Assembly (NCBI RefSeq): GCF_030144855.1
Contig: NC_082708.1
Location: forward strand, 75,950,001-76,014,000
Length of the DNA: 64,000 nucleotides
From: Hypanus sabinus
Taxonomy: Eukaryota
Direction of reading: 5' to 3'
The notes beneath the pieces are model-generated. The model saw only the letters and a list, made by a program, of their open reading frames with translations. It had not been told where the DNA came from and did not search any database. How positions within the stretch are numbered: position 1 is the first letter of the stretch; every line of letters begins with the position of its first letter. Shown piece after piece: positions 1-12,244 of this stretch. Made by a program: the position numbers and the translations under genes.

Positions 1-244
1 TCACTTTTTCCCTGTCCTCTTATGGCATGTGCCTAAAATTTTGATTTCAAGCATGGCTAACCTCAGCTTTAATGCTTTTGTTCCTCAAATCACCCTTTTA
101 ATATGTTGTACCGTTGGAGATCTCAAAAGAAGAAGGATTCTCATGCCATACACTATTAGGATTTTATCATCTGCATCAGCTGAAAATGTTTTTGTACGGT
201 AACTTGTTGGAATGCTTATAGCAAAGAAAATCATATTATGTATC

Positions 245-520
245 TATTTATTTATTTCGCATATCAGCACAGAGTATGCTCTTCCAGCCCTTTGAGCCAG
301 GTCACCCCAGCAAACCCCAACAAACCCCATTAACTGTAACTTCATCACAGGGCAATTTTGCAGTGATCAATTAACCTACTAACCGGTATGTCTGGACTGT
401 GGAAGAAAACCAGTGCACCTGGAAAAAACCCACACATACCATGGAGAGAATGTACAAACTCTTTACAGAGCGGCGCCGGAATTTAATTCCAAACTTCAGA
501 ACACTACCGTGGCGCCTTAG
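245..520 (-). mobile_element. V-SINE (HE1-like) copy
   Basis: Reverse complement contains the V-domain-like GAGTTTGTACATTCTCTCCATGGTATGTGTGGGTTTTTTCCAGGTGCACTGGTTTTCTTCCACAGTCC; an AT-rich repeat tail lies at ~245-258. Confidence 0.75.
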
Positions 521-1590
521 GGCAGTTCCTGTACCTACCGCGATGTGTTAAAAATCTTTTTAAAGCTAATGTCTACTCTAAGAACTGTTCAGCTACTGTA
601 CATTCAAATTGTTTCCTTTCAGGGCAGAGATGTTGATATTGTATGAGCAGTTTTTTTGACAGTGATAATGTATTTCTCATTTTATATCACAATTTTAACT
701 TTAATTAATGTGCAAATCCAGCAAGTTCTCAAAAGTAATTATCTGTGCAAAGAGCAATGGTATAAATTAACTAGGTAGTTGTAGAGACTTTTAATCTATG
801 AATTTGTTGTACAATTTGTGTATTAATAACGGTAGCCATCACTAAAACAACAGTGTTTTCTTCTGCAAGTTTTAGCCATGCGTTTCCGCTGTTCTTTCAT
901 TCACAATGGTTTTCATCTTGTTTCTCGTTGCAAAGCATATCTGTAAACCAGATTTCCTTTCACCGTTTCACTTTCCTATCCTAAGATGGCTAAGTATATA
1001 GCAATGACATTAGGAAACATTCTTATATAAAGAGTAGTAGAACAAACTTTATGCATTAATGAACTTTGAGTAAAATCTGGTGGTTTGAGGTATTAGCATT
1101 CACAATACCGCTGTATGATCATTAAGATGTTTTACTTCCCATCTAGTCGTTGAACAAACTACTTCAGTTTATTTGATTTAGTTGTACCCTAATTTCAATG
1201 AGGTAGCCCTTTTTTAAAAAACTGTGCTTACTTCCTGATCTTAACTGAATCCCAAGGCAATAGAATAAGTTCTGTTTTATTGTCCTTAAGATGTACTGCA
1301 ATTTTGGAACATCTTTTTGCATTATGAATGATTAGCAAGGAGAGCACTGTTTGGAACTGTTGAATAGAATTGTAAATACAGTAATTCATTTCCTAGCTTT
1401 CTACTTTCACATACTATCAAGCTGTTATGCAGTAGTGTATTCACTAAGTTTTTGTTTCTTGTTCAGGTTTTAGCCATATTAACGCTATTTCCACAAGATC
1501 GTAATTCACTGTTGCCACAGCAAGGTCCTCTTCCAGCATCTTACCTCTGAACATTTGCCTCCATTCATATTCCACATTATTTGCACATCC

Positions 1591-2670
1591 CATAAGACAT
1601 AGGAGTAGAATTAGGCCATTCAGCCCCTTGAGTCTGCTCTGCTATTCCATCACGGCTGAACCCAGACACATCCGATCCCATACACCTGCCTTCTTGCCAT
1701 ATCCTCTGCATTCTTTTTAGGCAGACATCCAGACCTTGGCAAACATCTGGGCAGAATCTTTTCCTCACCTCCATTCCAATTACTTTAGCAATTATTTTAA
1801 ATCCATTTCCCTAGCTTGATCCTAAGTCCATACCTTGGACCTGCATGGTATGATATTTTCTGTGAAGGTCCCTCATAATTTAAACAGTGATAGAAAACAA
1901 TAATGACTTTCAGGTTGGACATTTTGTTAATGAAATTTGTGACTCTTTTTGGTTTACTGGAGCTTAATGTAAATTAATATTATATACCTCAATTGAGTTG
2001 CTCACATTGTTATCTAATCCTCCTTGATTTTCTATTCATGGAATTTTTACTGCATTCCCACAGCTCAAAGTTTAAACAATAAGCAAAAAACTCTTTTTTT
2101 CTGCTTTTTTTGTAAGTGAAGGTGCATTGTTTCAGGGTTTTAGAATAACAATGACATTAATGTCTGGATTTCACTGTGGTTTACCAGAAAATCATTCAGG
2201 CTCCTACTGATTATTTTTCAGCTCAGCTTTCTGTACACAATCTTTAATTTCTTGAAATAAGTTTCATTATTTGCTTTGCTTTTTGCACTTTTCGGCTCTG
2301 CTTCAACCTTTTCCCTTTGAAACAGTTCTTTTAGATGGCCTGCATTTTCATCTTTTATAGCTGACTCAGGCACAAGGTTCTAACTACACTTTCACTTCAG
2401 AAAGATGGGCTTACAAACTTGTTGATAGAGAAGAATAATTCAGCCAAGCTCCTCCTTATCTAGTGCATTTGAATGAAATTTTGCATGAGTGAAGGTTTGA
2501 GTCTGCTCCGCCATTCCATCATGGCTGATCCTGGATCCCACTTAACCCCATACAATATCTTACAATATCCTTTGATGCCCTGACTGATCAGAAAACTGTC
2601 AACTTCTGCCTTAAGTATACCCACGGACTTGGCCTCCACCGTAGTCCATGGCAGAGCATTCCACAAATTC
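1591..2670 (-). mobile_element. Composite CR1 insertion: CR1 3' end (1591-1705) + non-CR1 segment X (1703-2497) + CR1 3' region (2498-2670)
   Basis: CATAAGACATAGGAGTAGAATTAGGCCATTC is the complement of the CR1 3' terminus. The minus-strand ORF WNALPWTTVEAKSVGILKAEVDSFL is the CR1 ORF2 C-terminus. CCATAAG flanks the block at 1590-1596 and 2670-2676. Confidence 0.75.
1703..2497. repeat. Segment X, copy 1 (direct-orientation homolog of 35252-36024)
   Basis: Colinear with copy 2 along its length, e.g. GCAGACATCCAGACCTTGGCAAAC, CTCAATTGAGTTGCTCACATTGTTATC, GCATTTGAATGAAATTTTGCATGAGTG. Confidence 0.95.
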
Positions 2671-2706
2671 CATAAGTTTTGCTGAATTTATATATCTTTG
2701 ATTTTT

Positions 2707-3170
2707 ATAGAGCCACAGAGCACTACAGTACAGAAACAATCCCTTTGCCCCATCTAGTCCTTGTGGATGTGTTTGTTCTATCTAGTCCCAGTTACTTCCA
2801 CAAGAGAATAACCCACCATTCCCCTCTTATCTTTGTATCTATCTAAACTTCTCTCAAATATTGCAATCAATCCCACACCCACCCTTTCCACTGGCAGCTC
2901 ATTCCACATTTGCACCACCCTCTGAGGGAAGAAGTATCCCCTCAGGGTCCCTTTAAATAGTTCCCCTTTCATCCTAACCCAATGACCTCTAGTTCAAGTC
3001 TCCCCATCCTTAAGGGGGGGGGGGAGCCTGAATGTATTTACCCTATCTATACCGCTCATAGTTTTGCATACCTTCATCAACTTTCCCCTTATTCCCCAAC
3101 ACTCCAGAGAATATAGTTCCATAACTCAGGTCTGTAAGTCTTGGCAACATCCTTGTAAATTTTCTCTTCG
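2707..3170 (-). mobile_element. CR1 LINE 3' fragment
   Basis: ORF 2778-2972 FFPQRVVQMWNELP...FERSLDRY is the CR1 ORF2 C-terminal motif. Confidence 0.85.
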
Positions 3171-3663
3171 TAAATGTTTTATCTATTCAATTTATATGTC
3201 TGTCACTACAGTATAGGTCTTTGCTTTATTTTGCAATGAAACCAGGTTACTGATGAAATTTTTAGAGGATCACCTTTTGGTGTTCCCCCCAGATTTGTAG
3301 TCTCTTGTGTCTACTTATAAAGGTAGCATATTTTTCTTTTCACACCATTCTGTCAATTATTCATTAAGTTCCTTATTTTTCCAGATTAACATCTCTCCTT
3401 TCCCTAATATTAAAATTATACCAATAATTATCCTCATCCTATATATATATATATCTCCTTATAAGATGTGTATATTTTTCTAGTTGTTTAACTACGTTAA
3501 TCAGACCAGCCAGTTCCCTTTCTAAATCTTTGGTATTCTTTATCATTCTTCCTCCATATACACATCTCAGGCTCCAGGTGCATAGTTCACTCTCTTGCAA
3601 GCAATATTCTTGAGCATTCATGGTTATCCACTTTCCTGAAAGAGGAATTATCTGTGGCTCTAG

Positions 3664-4497
3664 AGTAACACACACAAAATGCTGGAGGAACTCTAGTTCA
3701 GGCAGCATTGATGGAAAGCAATAAAGAGTCGGCGTCTCATGCTAGAACCCTTCATCACGACTGGGAGAAGAAGCCAAAATAAGAAGGTGGAGGGAGGGGA
3801 AGGAGTACAAGCTTGAAGGTGATAGGTGAAGCCAGGTGAGGAGGAAGGTTGGAGGGTGGGGGAGGGGGAAAATGAGGTGAGAATCTGGCAGATGACAGGT
3901 GGGAAAGGTAAAAGGCTGAAGTAGAAGAAATCTGACTGGAAAGGAGAGTGGACCATGCAAGAAAGGGAAAGAGGAGAGGCACCAAAGAGAGGTGATAAGT
4001 AGGTTAGGTTAAGAGAAGTGGTAAGAGGGGAGCCAGAATGGGGAAATGGAAAAAGAGAGAAGGGGAAGAAATACTGGAAGTTAAAGTAATCAATGTTCAT
4101 GCTGTCAGGTTGAATGGCCTCATCATAGCAGTAGGGGAAGCTATGGACGGACATGTTGGAATGGGAATGGGCAGTGGAATTAAAATAGTTGACCACCAGG
4201 AATTCCTGTTTGTCGTAGATGGAGCAAAGGTGCTTGACAAAGCAGTCCACAGTTTATGATGGATCTCACTGCGTAGGGGAGGCTGCACTGGGTGCATGGG
4301 ATAAAGTGGATGACCCCGACAGATTTGCAGCCCCACTTGGAAAGACTGTTTGGGGTTCTGAGTGGTGGGGAGAGAGGAGGTGAATGGGTAGGTGTAGTTG
4401 ACTCTTTGTTCCTTTCTATAGATGCTGCCTGACTGGCTGAGTTCCTCCAGCCCTTTGTGGGTGCTATGGATTTCCAGCATCTGCAGAATCTCTTGTG
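3664..4497 (-). mobile_element. Penelope-like element fragment with an inverted terminal segment and a 16-bp flanking direct repeat
   Basis: Degenerate GIY-YIG-region peptides (PKQSFQV; DCFVKHLCSI..NYFNSTAHSHSNMSVH). TTATCTGTGGCTCTAG occurs at 3648-3663 and 4498-4513. Confidence 0.8.
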
Positions 4498-4756
4498 TTA
4501 TCTGTGGCTCTAGGACCTGCAAACTATATCGCTGACATTAATTTACCTCAGGCACTGTATTAGATCTGCTCCTATTTTACTTTTCATTAAGTCAGAGAAA
4601 GCAGAAGCAAAAGAGAAACTGCTTGTCAAGTTTAATAATTTACTGGTACATTCCATAGTAATTTATGAAAGTTCTTGCAGTCAGGTCTCAAACCAATGAA
4701 AGAACTAAAGCTGAGATCTGCACTGTAAAATAATCAAATGCAACTTTCTATTGTAG

Positions 4757-4823
4757 TGTACAGAAAGATCCTGATACAAGAGGTATACGTGTCATCTCTA
4801 CAGTGTTCAAGATTACAGCCAGT
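4757..4823 (+). CDS. CFAP300: CFAP300 (C11orf70) penultimate coding exon, 67 nt
   Basis: tgtag|T GTA CAG...GCC AGT|gtaagt encodes (S)VQKDPDTRGIRVISTVFKITAS. This aligns with human [23 protein letters not shown] as I recall it. Splice sites are canonical and the phase 0 end fits the next exon. Confidence 0.92.
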
Positions 4824-5284
4824 GTAAGTATTGAATTCCTGTGGAACTGTGTTGACTGTAGAATGAGCTGAAATGCTGACTTAAAGATAGAAGACTAAGA
4901 ATTAAGTTTGGCTATATTAGAAGGTGAACATCTATTCACACATAAACTTTAGCGCAAATCTGAACTAATATGAAGTAATAGTGTTAATATCTAGATTGGA
5001 ATAGTAGACATAAAATTAAATACAGCTCTTCTTTGTTTGCTTTTTTAACCAATTTTTCTCACTCTCCTTCTAATGTAAACTTGCCTGGGCCTGGAATGAA
5101 TACTCCTACTAATATGATACTGGTCCACAGAAATTAACGGATCAGGACATAAGTGAATTTCCAGAACTATATCAGACTGAGATTATCCACATTGAAGACA
5201 ATGTTTCTTCATAATGAAACAAGAGGAGCAAAGTATGCATAAATTAATAGAATCCACATTGCATCTAATAGATTATTTTCCTGT

Positions 5285-5630
5285 CAATAGGGCTGGAGTA
5301 CAGGGGTAATGCTTTCATTACAATGAGCTTTAGTTAGGCACCATCTATGATATGTATTCATATTCTGTTCCACATCTCAGGAGAGCTATACAGTTCCTGG
5401 AAATAGTATAGGAAATGCAATATACTTTCAGTATTTGAAGGGTTAAATTATAATGCACCTTCAGTTGTATTCATTTGGGATTATCAGGTTGAACAGAGAT
5501 GTACTTGAAGTGTTAGAAATGATCCAACAGTACAGACCCAGTGAAACAACAATGGAGCACTATCCTAAAATGGCTAAGCATCTAGGACTGAAATTAGGAA
5601 ACATATTTTTACACAAAGTGTAGTGGAACA
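5285..5630 (+). mobile_element. Highly degenerate CR1 3' region
   Basis: TTAGTTAGGCACCATCTATGATATGTATTCATATTCTG resembles the LVRPHLEYCVQFW coding sequence; TTTTACACAAAGTGTAGTG resembles FTQRVV. Confidence 0.55.
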
Positions 5631-6765
5631 AACATTATACCTGTCTGAACTATAAAGACTTGGAAAGCTCTAACCTTTATCATTAGTATATGCCAATATT
5701 ACTGATTCTACCTATTTGTACTTAAATAACTAATTTTAGAATAAAATATATTGTAGCCTCTGGTTTAAGCTCTTAACCTGCCCGAGTCAATAATCCCAAA
5801 TATTTGAGGGGGTTCAATCTTTACATTAGTTTTTCCATCTCTAGCCAATACTCATACTGGCATTTGTTTGTGGTTGGATTAAATATACAGTTCAAAATGC
5901 ATGAGATCAGTGATCCAGCTGAAGATCCTGTCATCCATTTGGTCTTCAGTCAGGATAAGGCTAGGAGACTGCTCTAATCTTAGTGTGATCTTTCTGTGAT
6001 ATTGAATATTTTGCATATTACCATGGAGGATTTTTTTGGTACAAATGTACCTATCTTAAAAACAATTACGGCAGATGACAACTCTGCTGTTTAATACATG
6101 TATAAACAAGAGAGTTGAGAAAGATTTTAATTATTTGATAGGGGAATGTTACTCAGAAAAGATAGAGGGAGGTACAGTGAAATAAAGAAGAAAAACAAAG
6201 ACATTCCAGAATGCGGAATATATACAGACATGAATCCAAGAGTAAATTTTACCTCTAGGAAAAGAGATACAGTAGATGAGATTAATGCATTAATTAACAC
6301 ATGGTATTATGACTATTATGATATTATTACTGTCACAGTCATGGTATAAAACAAGAGCAGGACTGGCAGTTTAATATTCCAGGGTAAAGAATCCTCAGGT
6401 ATGACATGGAAAATTAAAAGACGAGGTGGCATAGCAATACTAGTTAAGGAGACTAAAAGTTATGTTAGAAGGCTCTTCAAATAAAGAAATATGAATACAA
6501 TTAAGAAACAAAAAAGAGGTGACTAATTTGTTCTGGATGTAACCACAGGCTTTTAAAAAATCATTGGGAGATAGAGGAGAGAGTTATGGGTAAATCACAG
6601 AGGGCTGAAAGATTAATAGGCTATAGTTGTAGGGGGTTCCAATTTCCCCAGTATTAACTGGGATTGCCTGAGTGTGAAAAGACTTGTACAGGGTGGAGTC
6701 TAGAAGAGCTTTTTGAGCTTTTTGTAGTTCAGAAGGAGAAAGCAAGTACTGGACCGAATCTTGGA

Positions 6766-8190
6766 CCTTAAGATTTTGTAGTAGAATTTAGGCCACTTGG
6801 GCCATCAAATCTGCTCCATCATTCCATCCTGGCTGATTTAATATCCCTCTCAACCCTATTCTCCTGCCTTCTCCCTGTAATCTTTGACATCCTGTCTAAT
6901 CAAGAACTCATCAACCTCCGCTTTAGATATATCCAATGATTTGGCCTCCAAAGCTATCTGTAAATTCGACATATTCACCACCCTCTGGTTGCAGAAATTC
7001 TTCCTCAATTCTATTCTAAATTGACATCCCTCTATTTTGAGGCGGTGCCCTCTGGTCCTAGAATCCTCTACTCTTGGAAACATCCTCTATCTTGGCCTTT
7101 CATTCCCAGTATCATTCTTGTGAACCTCCTCTTGACCCTCTCCAATGCCAGCACATCTGTTCGTAGATAAGTGGCCCAACACTTCTTGCAATACTCCAAG
7201 TGCAGTCTGACCAATGCCTATAAAGCCTCAGCATTGCATCCTCGCTTGGTATTCTAGTCCTCTCAAAATTAATGCTAACATTGCATTTACCTTATTTATC
7301 ATTCACTCAACCTGCAAGTTACCTTTTAGGGAATCCTGCACAAGGACTTCCAAGTCCTTTTACATTTCTGATTTTTGAGTTTTCTCCCCATTAATAGTTC
7401 ATGCCTTTATTTCTTTCACCAAAGTGCGTGACCATACATTCCCCTACACTCTATTCCATCTGACACTTACTTGCTCATTCTCCTTACCTGTCTAAGTCCT
7501 TCTGCAGTCTCCCTGTTTCCTCACCACTACCTACCCCTCTACCTACAGTATTGTCGTGTCATCTGCAAACTTGGCCACAAAGCCTTTAATTCCATCATCC
7601 AAATTATTGACATACAACATGAAAAGAAGGGGTCCTGAAACTGATCCCTGTAGGACACCACTAGTCACCAACAGCCAACTGGAAAAGACCCACTTTACTC
7701 CCATTCTTTGCTTCCTGCCAGTCAACCAATCTTCTATCCATTCTAGTGTTTTTCTTGTAATACCATGGGCTCCTGTTAAGCAGCTTCATTGCAGTGCCTG
7801 GTCAAAGGCCTTCTGAAAATCCAAGTAAACAACATCCACTGCCTGTTATTTCCTCAAAGGATTCCAACAGGTTTGTCAGGTAAGATTTCCCCTTATGAAA
7901 ACTGTGATGACTGTGGCCCATTTTGTCATGTGCCTCCAAGTATCCAGAAGCCTCATCCTTAATAATGGACTCCCAACATCTTCACAACCATGTTAGCCAC
8001 AGTTTCATCATCATCCTCCCCTTAGAATACTTATTCTTTGGGATGTATCTATCCTGTGTCTTCACAATTGCTCCCAGAAACTCTAGCCATTCCTGTTCTG
8101 CCGTCACCCCTGCTAGCGCCCCCTTCCATTCAGCTTTGGCCAGCTCCCCTCTCATGCCTCCGTAATTCTCTTTACTCCATTGTAACACTG
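6766..8190 (-). mobile_element. CR1 LINE, internally deleted, nested in the older CR1
   Basis: Minus-strand ORFs VTSGVLQGSVSGPLLFMLYVNNLDDG..VAKFADDT (RT), RTRGHRLKI..QRVVN and QWSKENYGGMRGELAK; 3' terminus at ~6766-6830. Confidence 0.92.
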
Positions 8191-9214
8191 ATAATTTTGG
8201 GGTATCTAATCAGTCAATTGATGGGTATGACCATGGAAGAACATTTTGGAGATATTGACAATAACTCTGTAAATGTTAAGGTAGCCATACAAATGTATAA
8301 GGAATGATCAGAAATTAAGGTCCTGAATTAGATTTAAGGCTAATTTTAATATCATAAAACAGAATCAGGCCCAACAGGAGTATAGAAATGAAAGGACAGC
8401 AGTTTAAAAAAATTAGGAGGCAAATTAGATGTTTGAAATATCACTGATGGACAAGGTAAAAGAAAATACCTATTAATTTTATCAGTATTTTATGGGCAGG
8501 ATGCATAACTATGGAAAGAGTGGTGCTTATTTGGAAACCAAGGGCCAATCAGCAGATGACAGCAGAGAATGTAGAAAGAATTAATATTTCTTATCTATGT
8601 TCACTAAGGGAAAGACGTTGTTAGGATTCAGGGAGGGAGACAGTGACATTCCAGAATAAATAAGGAGGTATTAGATGTCTTAGATGGTAAATGAATCCTC
8701 AAGGACTGATGAGATGTATCCCATACTGCTCTAGAAGTTTAGGAAGGAGAGTGCTGGGTCTCTGACTGAGACTTCTAAAATCTTCACTGGTCACAGTTAT
8801 GGTGCCTGATGACAACAAATGCTGGACCTTTATTCTCAAAGGGCAATAGGGACAAACCAAATAATTATGGACTAGTAAGTCTATAATTTACAATTATAAA
8901 AATGCCATTTACAATTGGAATGATTTTGGGAAAAATACATGATTAATCTACACTTGGGAAAGCGAGACTAATAAAACACAGTCAACATGGATTTGCTTGC
9001 AGGAGATCCTGTCTGACCAATTTGAAAACAAATTACATGGATGAAGACAATGTGGTTTATGTAGTAAGTTTTCACAGGCCAAGCTGGCAAAATGGATCCA
9101 CAGTTGACAGTAACAAAAGCCAGAGGGTGATGCTTGAGTGTATTTTATATGAATGGAAGCCTGTAACTGGTGATCTACCACATAAATTGCTGCTGAGGTC
9201 TTGCTAGGGAAATA

Positions 9215-9535
9215 GTTTTATACTGAACAGAAGCAGACCTTTCAATCCACTATCTGTGGATCCAACACTTACTTGTATTGATTACATCAGATTCTCGACA
9301 CATTCTCTTCAACTTACCAACAGTCAGACCACCACTCCTCCTCACACCTCCAGATTATAACAGTCATCTGGACACTGGGACTAACTTATTTGCCAATTAA
9401 CCAACCAACTTTGGGATGTGGGAGGAAACTGAAGCACCCAGAGGAAACCAATGTGGTCTCGTGAGAACACACAAACTCTACAGAGACAACATAATCATTG
9501 GAAGTGTAAGGCAGCAATTGTTGCAGTGCTATGCA
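9215..9535 (-). mobile_element. V-SINE (HE1-like), degenerate
   Basis: TTGGGATGTGGGAGGAAACTGAAGCACCCAGAGGAAACC is the complement of the V-domain. Confidence 0.65.
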
Positions 9536-10357
9536 CATTAGTATAAATGTTAAAGATATTAAGTCTGCATATGACTAAGGCACTTGTGATATTGTTGATA
9601 ATGAGGCTAACATTTGGCTACTGAACAATGTTGATGTTATTAAAATGGTAGATTAAGTTTAGTCCTGAAAAATGTGAGAAGATGCACTGAGGAGAACTAA
9701 GAATGCTGAAAAGTATGCAATGAATTGTAAGACCCTGGGAAATATTACTGAAGAGAAGTTTGAGACATGTTTAAATACCCTTAAAGACAGCTACATGGCT
9801 ACATGGGCTAATTAGGAAGTCAAATGAGATACTTGCCTTCATTCAGATATTGGCTGGGAGTTTTGAAGAAATGGTGGATATGCTGAATTTGGTTTTCTTG
9901 AAGCAGAGCAGGCTGAGGGGAAACCTGATTAAGATATAAGGAGAACAGATAGGATAGAATGTTTTATTTTTTCCTAATAAAAGTGTAAATAAACCCTAAA
10001 GGCATAGGTTTAATATATAGGTATAAAGAGAAACTATACACCCAAAGGGTGGTAGGAATCTGGAATGCGCTGCCAGAGGGGTTGTTGAAGGCCAAGATAT
10101 CTACAAGATTCCAGAAATATATAGATGAGCACTTAAGTTACAGAGACATAGAAGGCTGCAGGTTAGGAGCTGGAAAATACTTGATGGTCAGCATGGACTT
10201 GGGTGGACAGAAGCGTCTCTTTCTATGCTCTATTACTTTATGATTGTGGGACTAATGTTGCCCTCCAACATGTCACAGTTTTCCTATTTTTATTTGTAAA
10301 TAAATTACAAATTTAGATACTAATTGCTCGCCGCTGTATGTTTTTTTCTCTCTCTAG

Positions 10358-10489
<132 letters not shown>

Positions 10490-10885
10490 TGCTTACTTAC
10501 AATCCTGTATCTTTGCTGAAGTGTGAATACTGTTTAGCTGAGGATGTTCTATGGGGAAGCAGTATGTATTATGAGAATTATTTATTTATTCCAGTATTTG
10601 AAACTTGCCCATCTTTCTGCATAACTGTGATTTTTAGTTAAGAGATGATTAAGTGCAGACAGTTTCAAAGTATTCTGCAAACACAATGGTTCATATCATC
10701 TGGTTTTCTAAACATACAAGTGTCTTAGGGATTATCTTTTATTGCGTGTTTTGTTCTGAAATACGTTCGTAATTACAGGTATTTGTGGATGTACCACATA
10801 TTTACTATTTTAGAAACCTTCAAGGTGATTAATATTTTTATATTTTAATAACATCAATTTTCATTTATACTATGGCTTAAAAACT

Positions 10886-10891
10886 ATTAAA
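10886..10891 (+). terminator. Candidate CFAP300 polyadenylation signal (ATTAAA)
   Basis: ATTAAA ~400 nt after the stop codon, followed by the GT-rich TTGTGGATTGTG. Confidence 0.4.
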
Positions 10892-11714
10892 AATAATTGT
10901 GGATTGTGCATGGTTCAAGTTCAAGTTGAATTGTCATTCAACCGCACACGAATACCCATGAATACAGACAAACAGAACAGTGTTAATCTGGGGCCAAGGT
11001 GCAAAACAAAATACCAACAGTCATACACAGCACAAGGCACATGTGGCATATATGCATTCATTTAGATTTTTTGTACCTTATTTTAATGTTTATGTACACT
11101 GTGTGAATTATAAAGTTCATATTGGAACTTAAGTGGCATCAACAGTTCAGTAGCAGACAGGAAGTTTTAGCAGTGACTTGTAAGGTTTTTTTTAACCGAG
11201 CTGCTCTATTGACCAAATAGGTTGAGAGTATATGATGACTACACACATAACTCAGTCTCAGCTCCAAATGTGATTTGGTCTAAATCATAATGAAGAGTAA
11301 CAATAACTTAATGGGGCCTTGAGATTCAATAACCTCTCACTGGATATCATCCTTGGGGGTTTAAAGCACCATAGGAATAAATATAGGTGCTATTGAGATG
11401 TAGGAATTTAACAACAGCACAGAAAAGATGTAAGTGGCTTTACCAAAGTTCTAAGTAAAGGGCAGTATGATTATCTACTGTTGGATTCCTTGGTGCAAGT
11501 GGCCTAATGACCGCTTCAGACAAGTACGTCCGTACTACTCCAACAAATTCAACTACCTCATCTATACTAGCATATAAGTCCAAATATAAACAGCTTGCAG
11601 ATTAGACAACTGCCCTTGATTAGTTATCTCTAACCTTTGAACCTCTTTTAAAATAATGTCATGCTTTTGCTTTATTGGTAGATTTCCAAGTGTTTTGGTC
11701 TATTGAATATGTTC

Positions 11715-11945
11715 ACAATTGCATGGCTAGATTCTGCTCCAACTCCATCTACAAGTTTGCAGATGACCCACCATAGTGAGCCAGATCTCAAATAATGATC
11801 AGTTGGAGTCCAGGAAGAAAATAGAGAACCTACTGACATGGTATAATGGTAGCAACCTTTCCTTCAATGTCAGCAAAACAGCTGAAGATAGAACTGTCTA
11901 TTTCACAGCCTTCAAGGGCTTCAAATCATGGAGGATATTCACTAA
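11715..11945 (+). mobile_element. Rex1/Babar LINE RT fragment
   Basis: Encodes SIYKFADDP and LLTWYNGSNLSFNVSKT (cf. WCxxNNLxLNVSKT). Confidence 0.7.
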
Positions 11946-12244
11946 AAGCACCAAGACAAGTGGAAACAACCTCCTCTGAAGCACAAGTTGCTCCATATGC
12001 ACAATGTAGGAAGAATAGTCTAGGTCTTTAGATATACCAGATTATATACATGTCTTGTTCTCAGGTGGTTTTGAATTTATTGTCCCTGGACCTCATTGGT
12101 TTACTTCCCCAAAGGTGTTCATTTCCTACTCTTTAAGAGAGTATTCCTGTCTCCAAGCCAGGTATAAGCAGTATTCTGAGGCATGAGTAGATCAGGGAGA
12201 ATGAACTGCCTCTGTAGGGAAGTGAAGTTTGTGCAGTGAAAATT

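Larger units (their letters stand above)
6130..10245 (+). mobile_element. Old fragmented CR1 (endonuclease to 3' end), interrupted by a younger CR1 and a SINE
   Basis: YDIITVT (cf. YDIIAITETW) at ~6315, EEHFGDIDNNS (cf. GEHFGDSDHNS) at ~8235 and VGIWNALPEG at 10049. The order is colinear across the 6766-8190 insertion. Confidence 0.7.

Noticed and set aside
1467-1500. Acceptor-like tttcttgttcag|G suggesting another CFAP300 exon
   Set aside because: The translation (VLAILTLFPQD) does not match the expected preceding CFAP300 peptide (..LCLGG.LCQYED..YKDLV), and the donor is weak.
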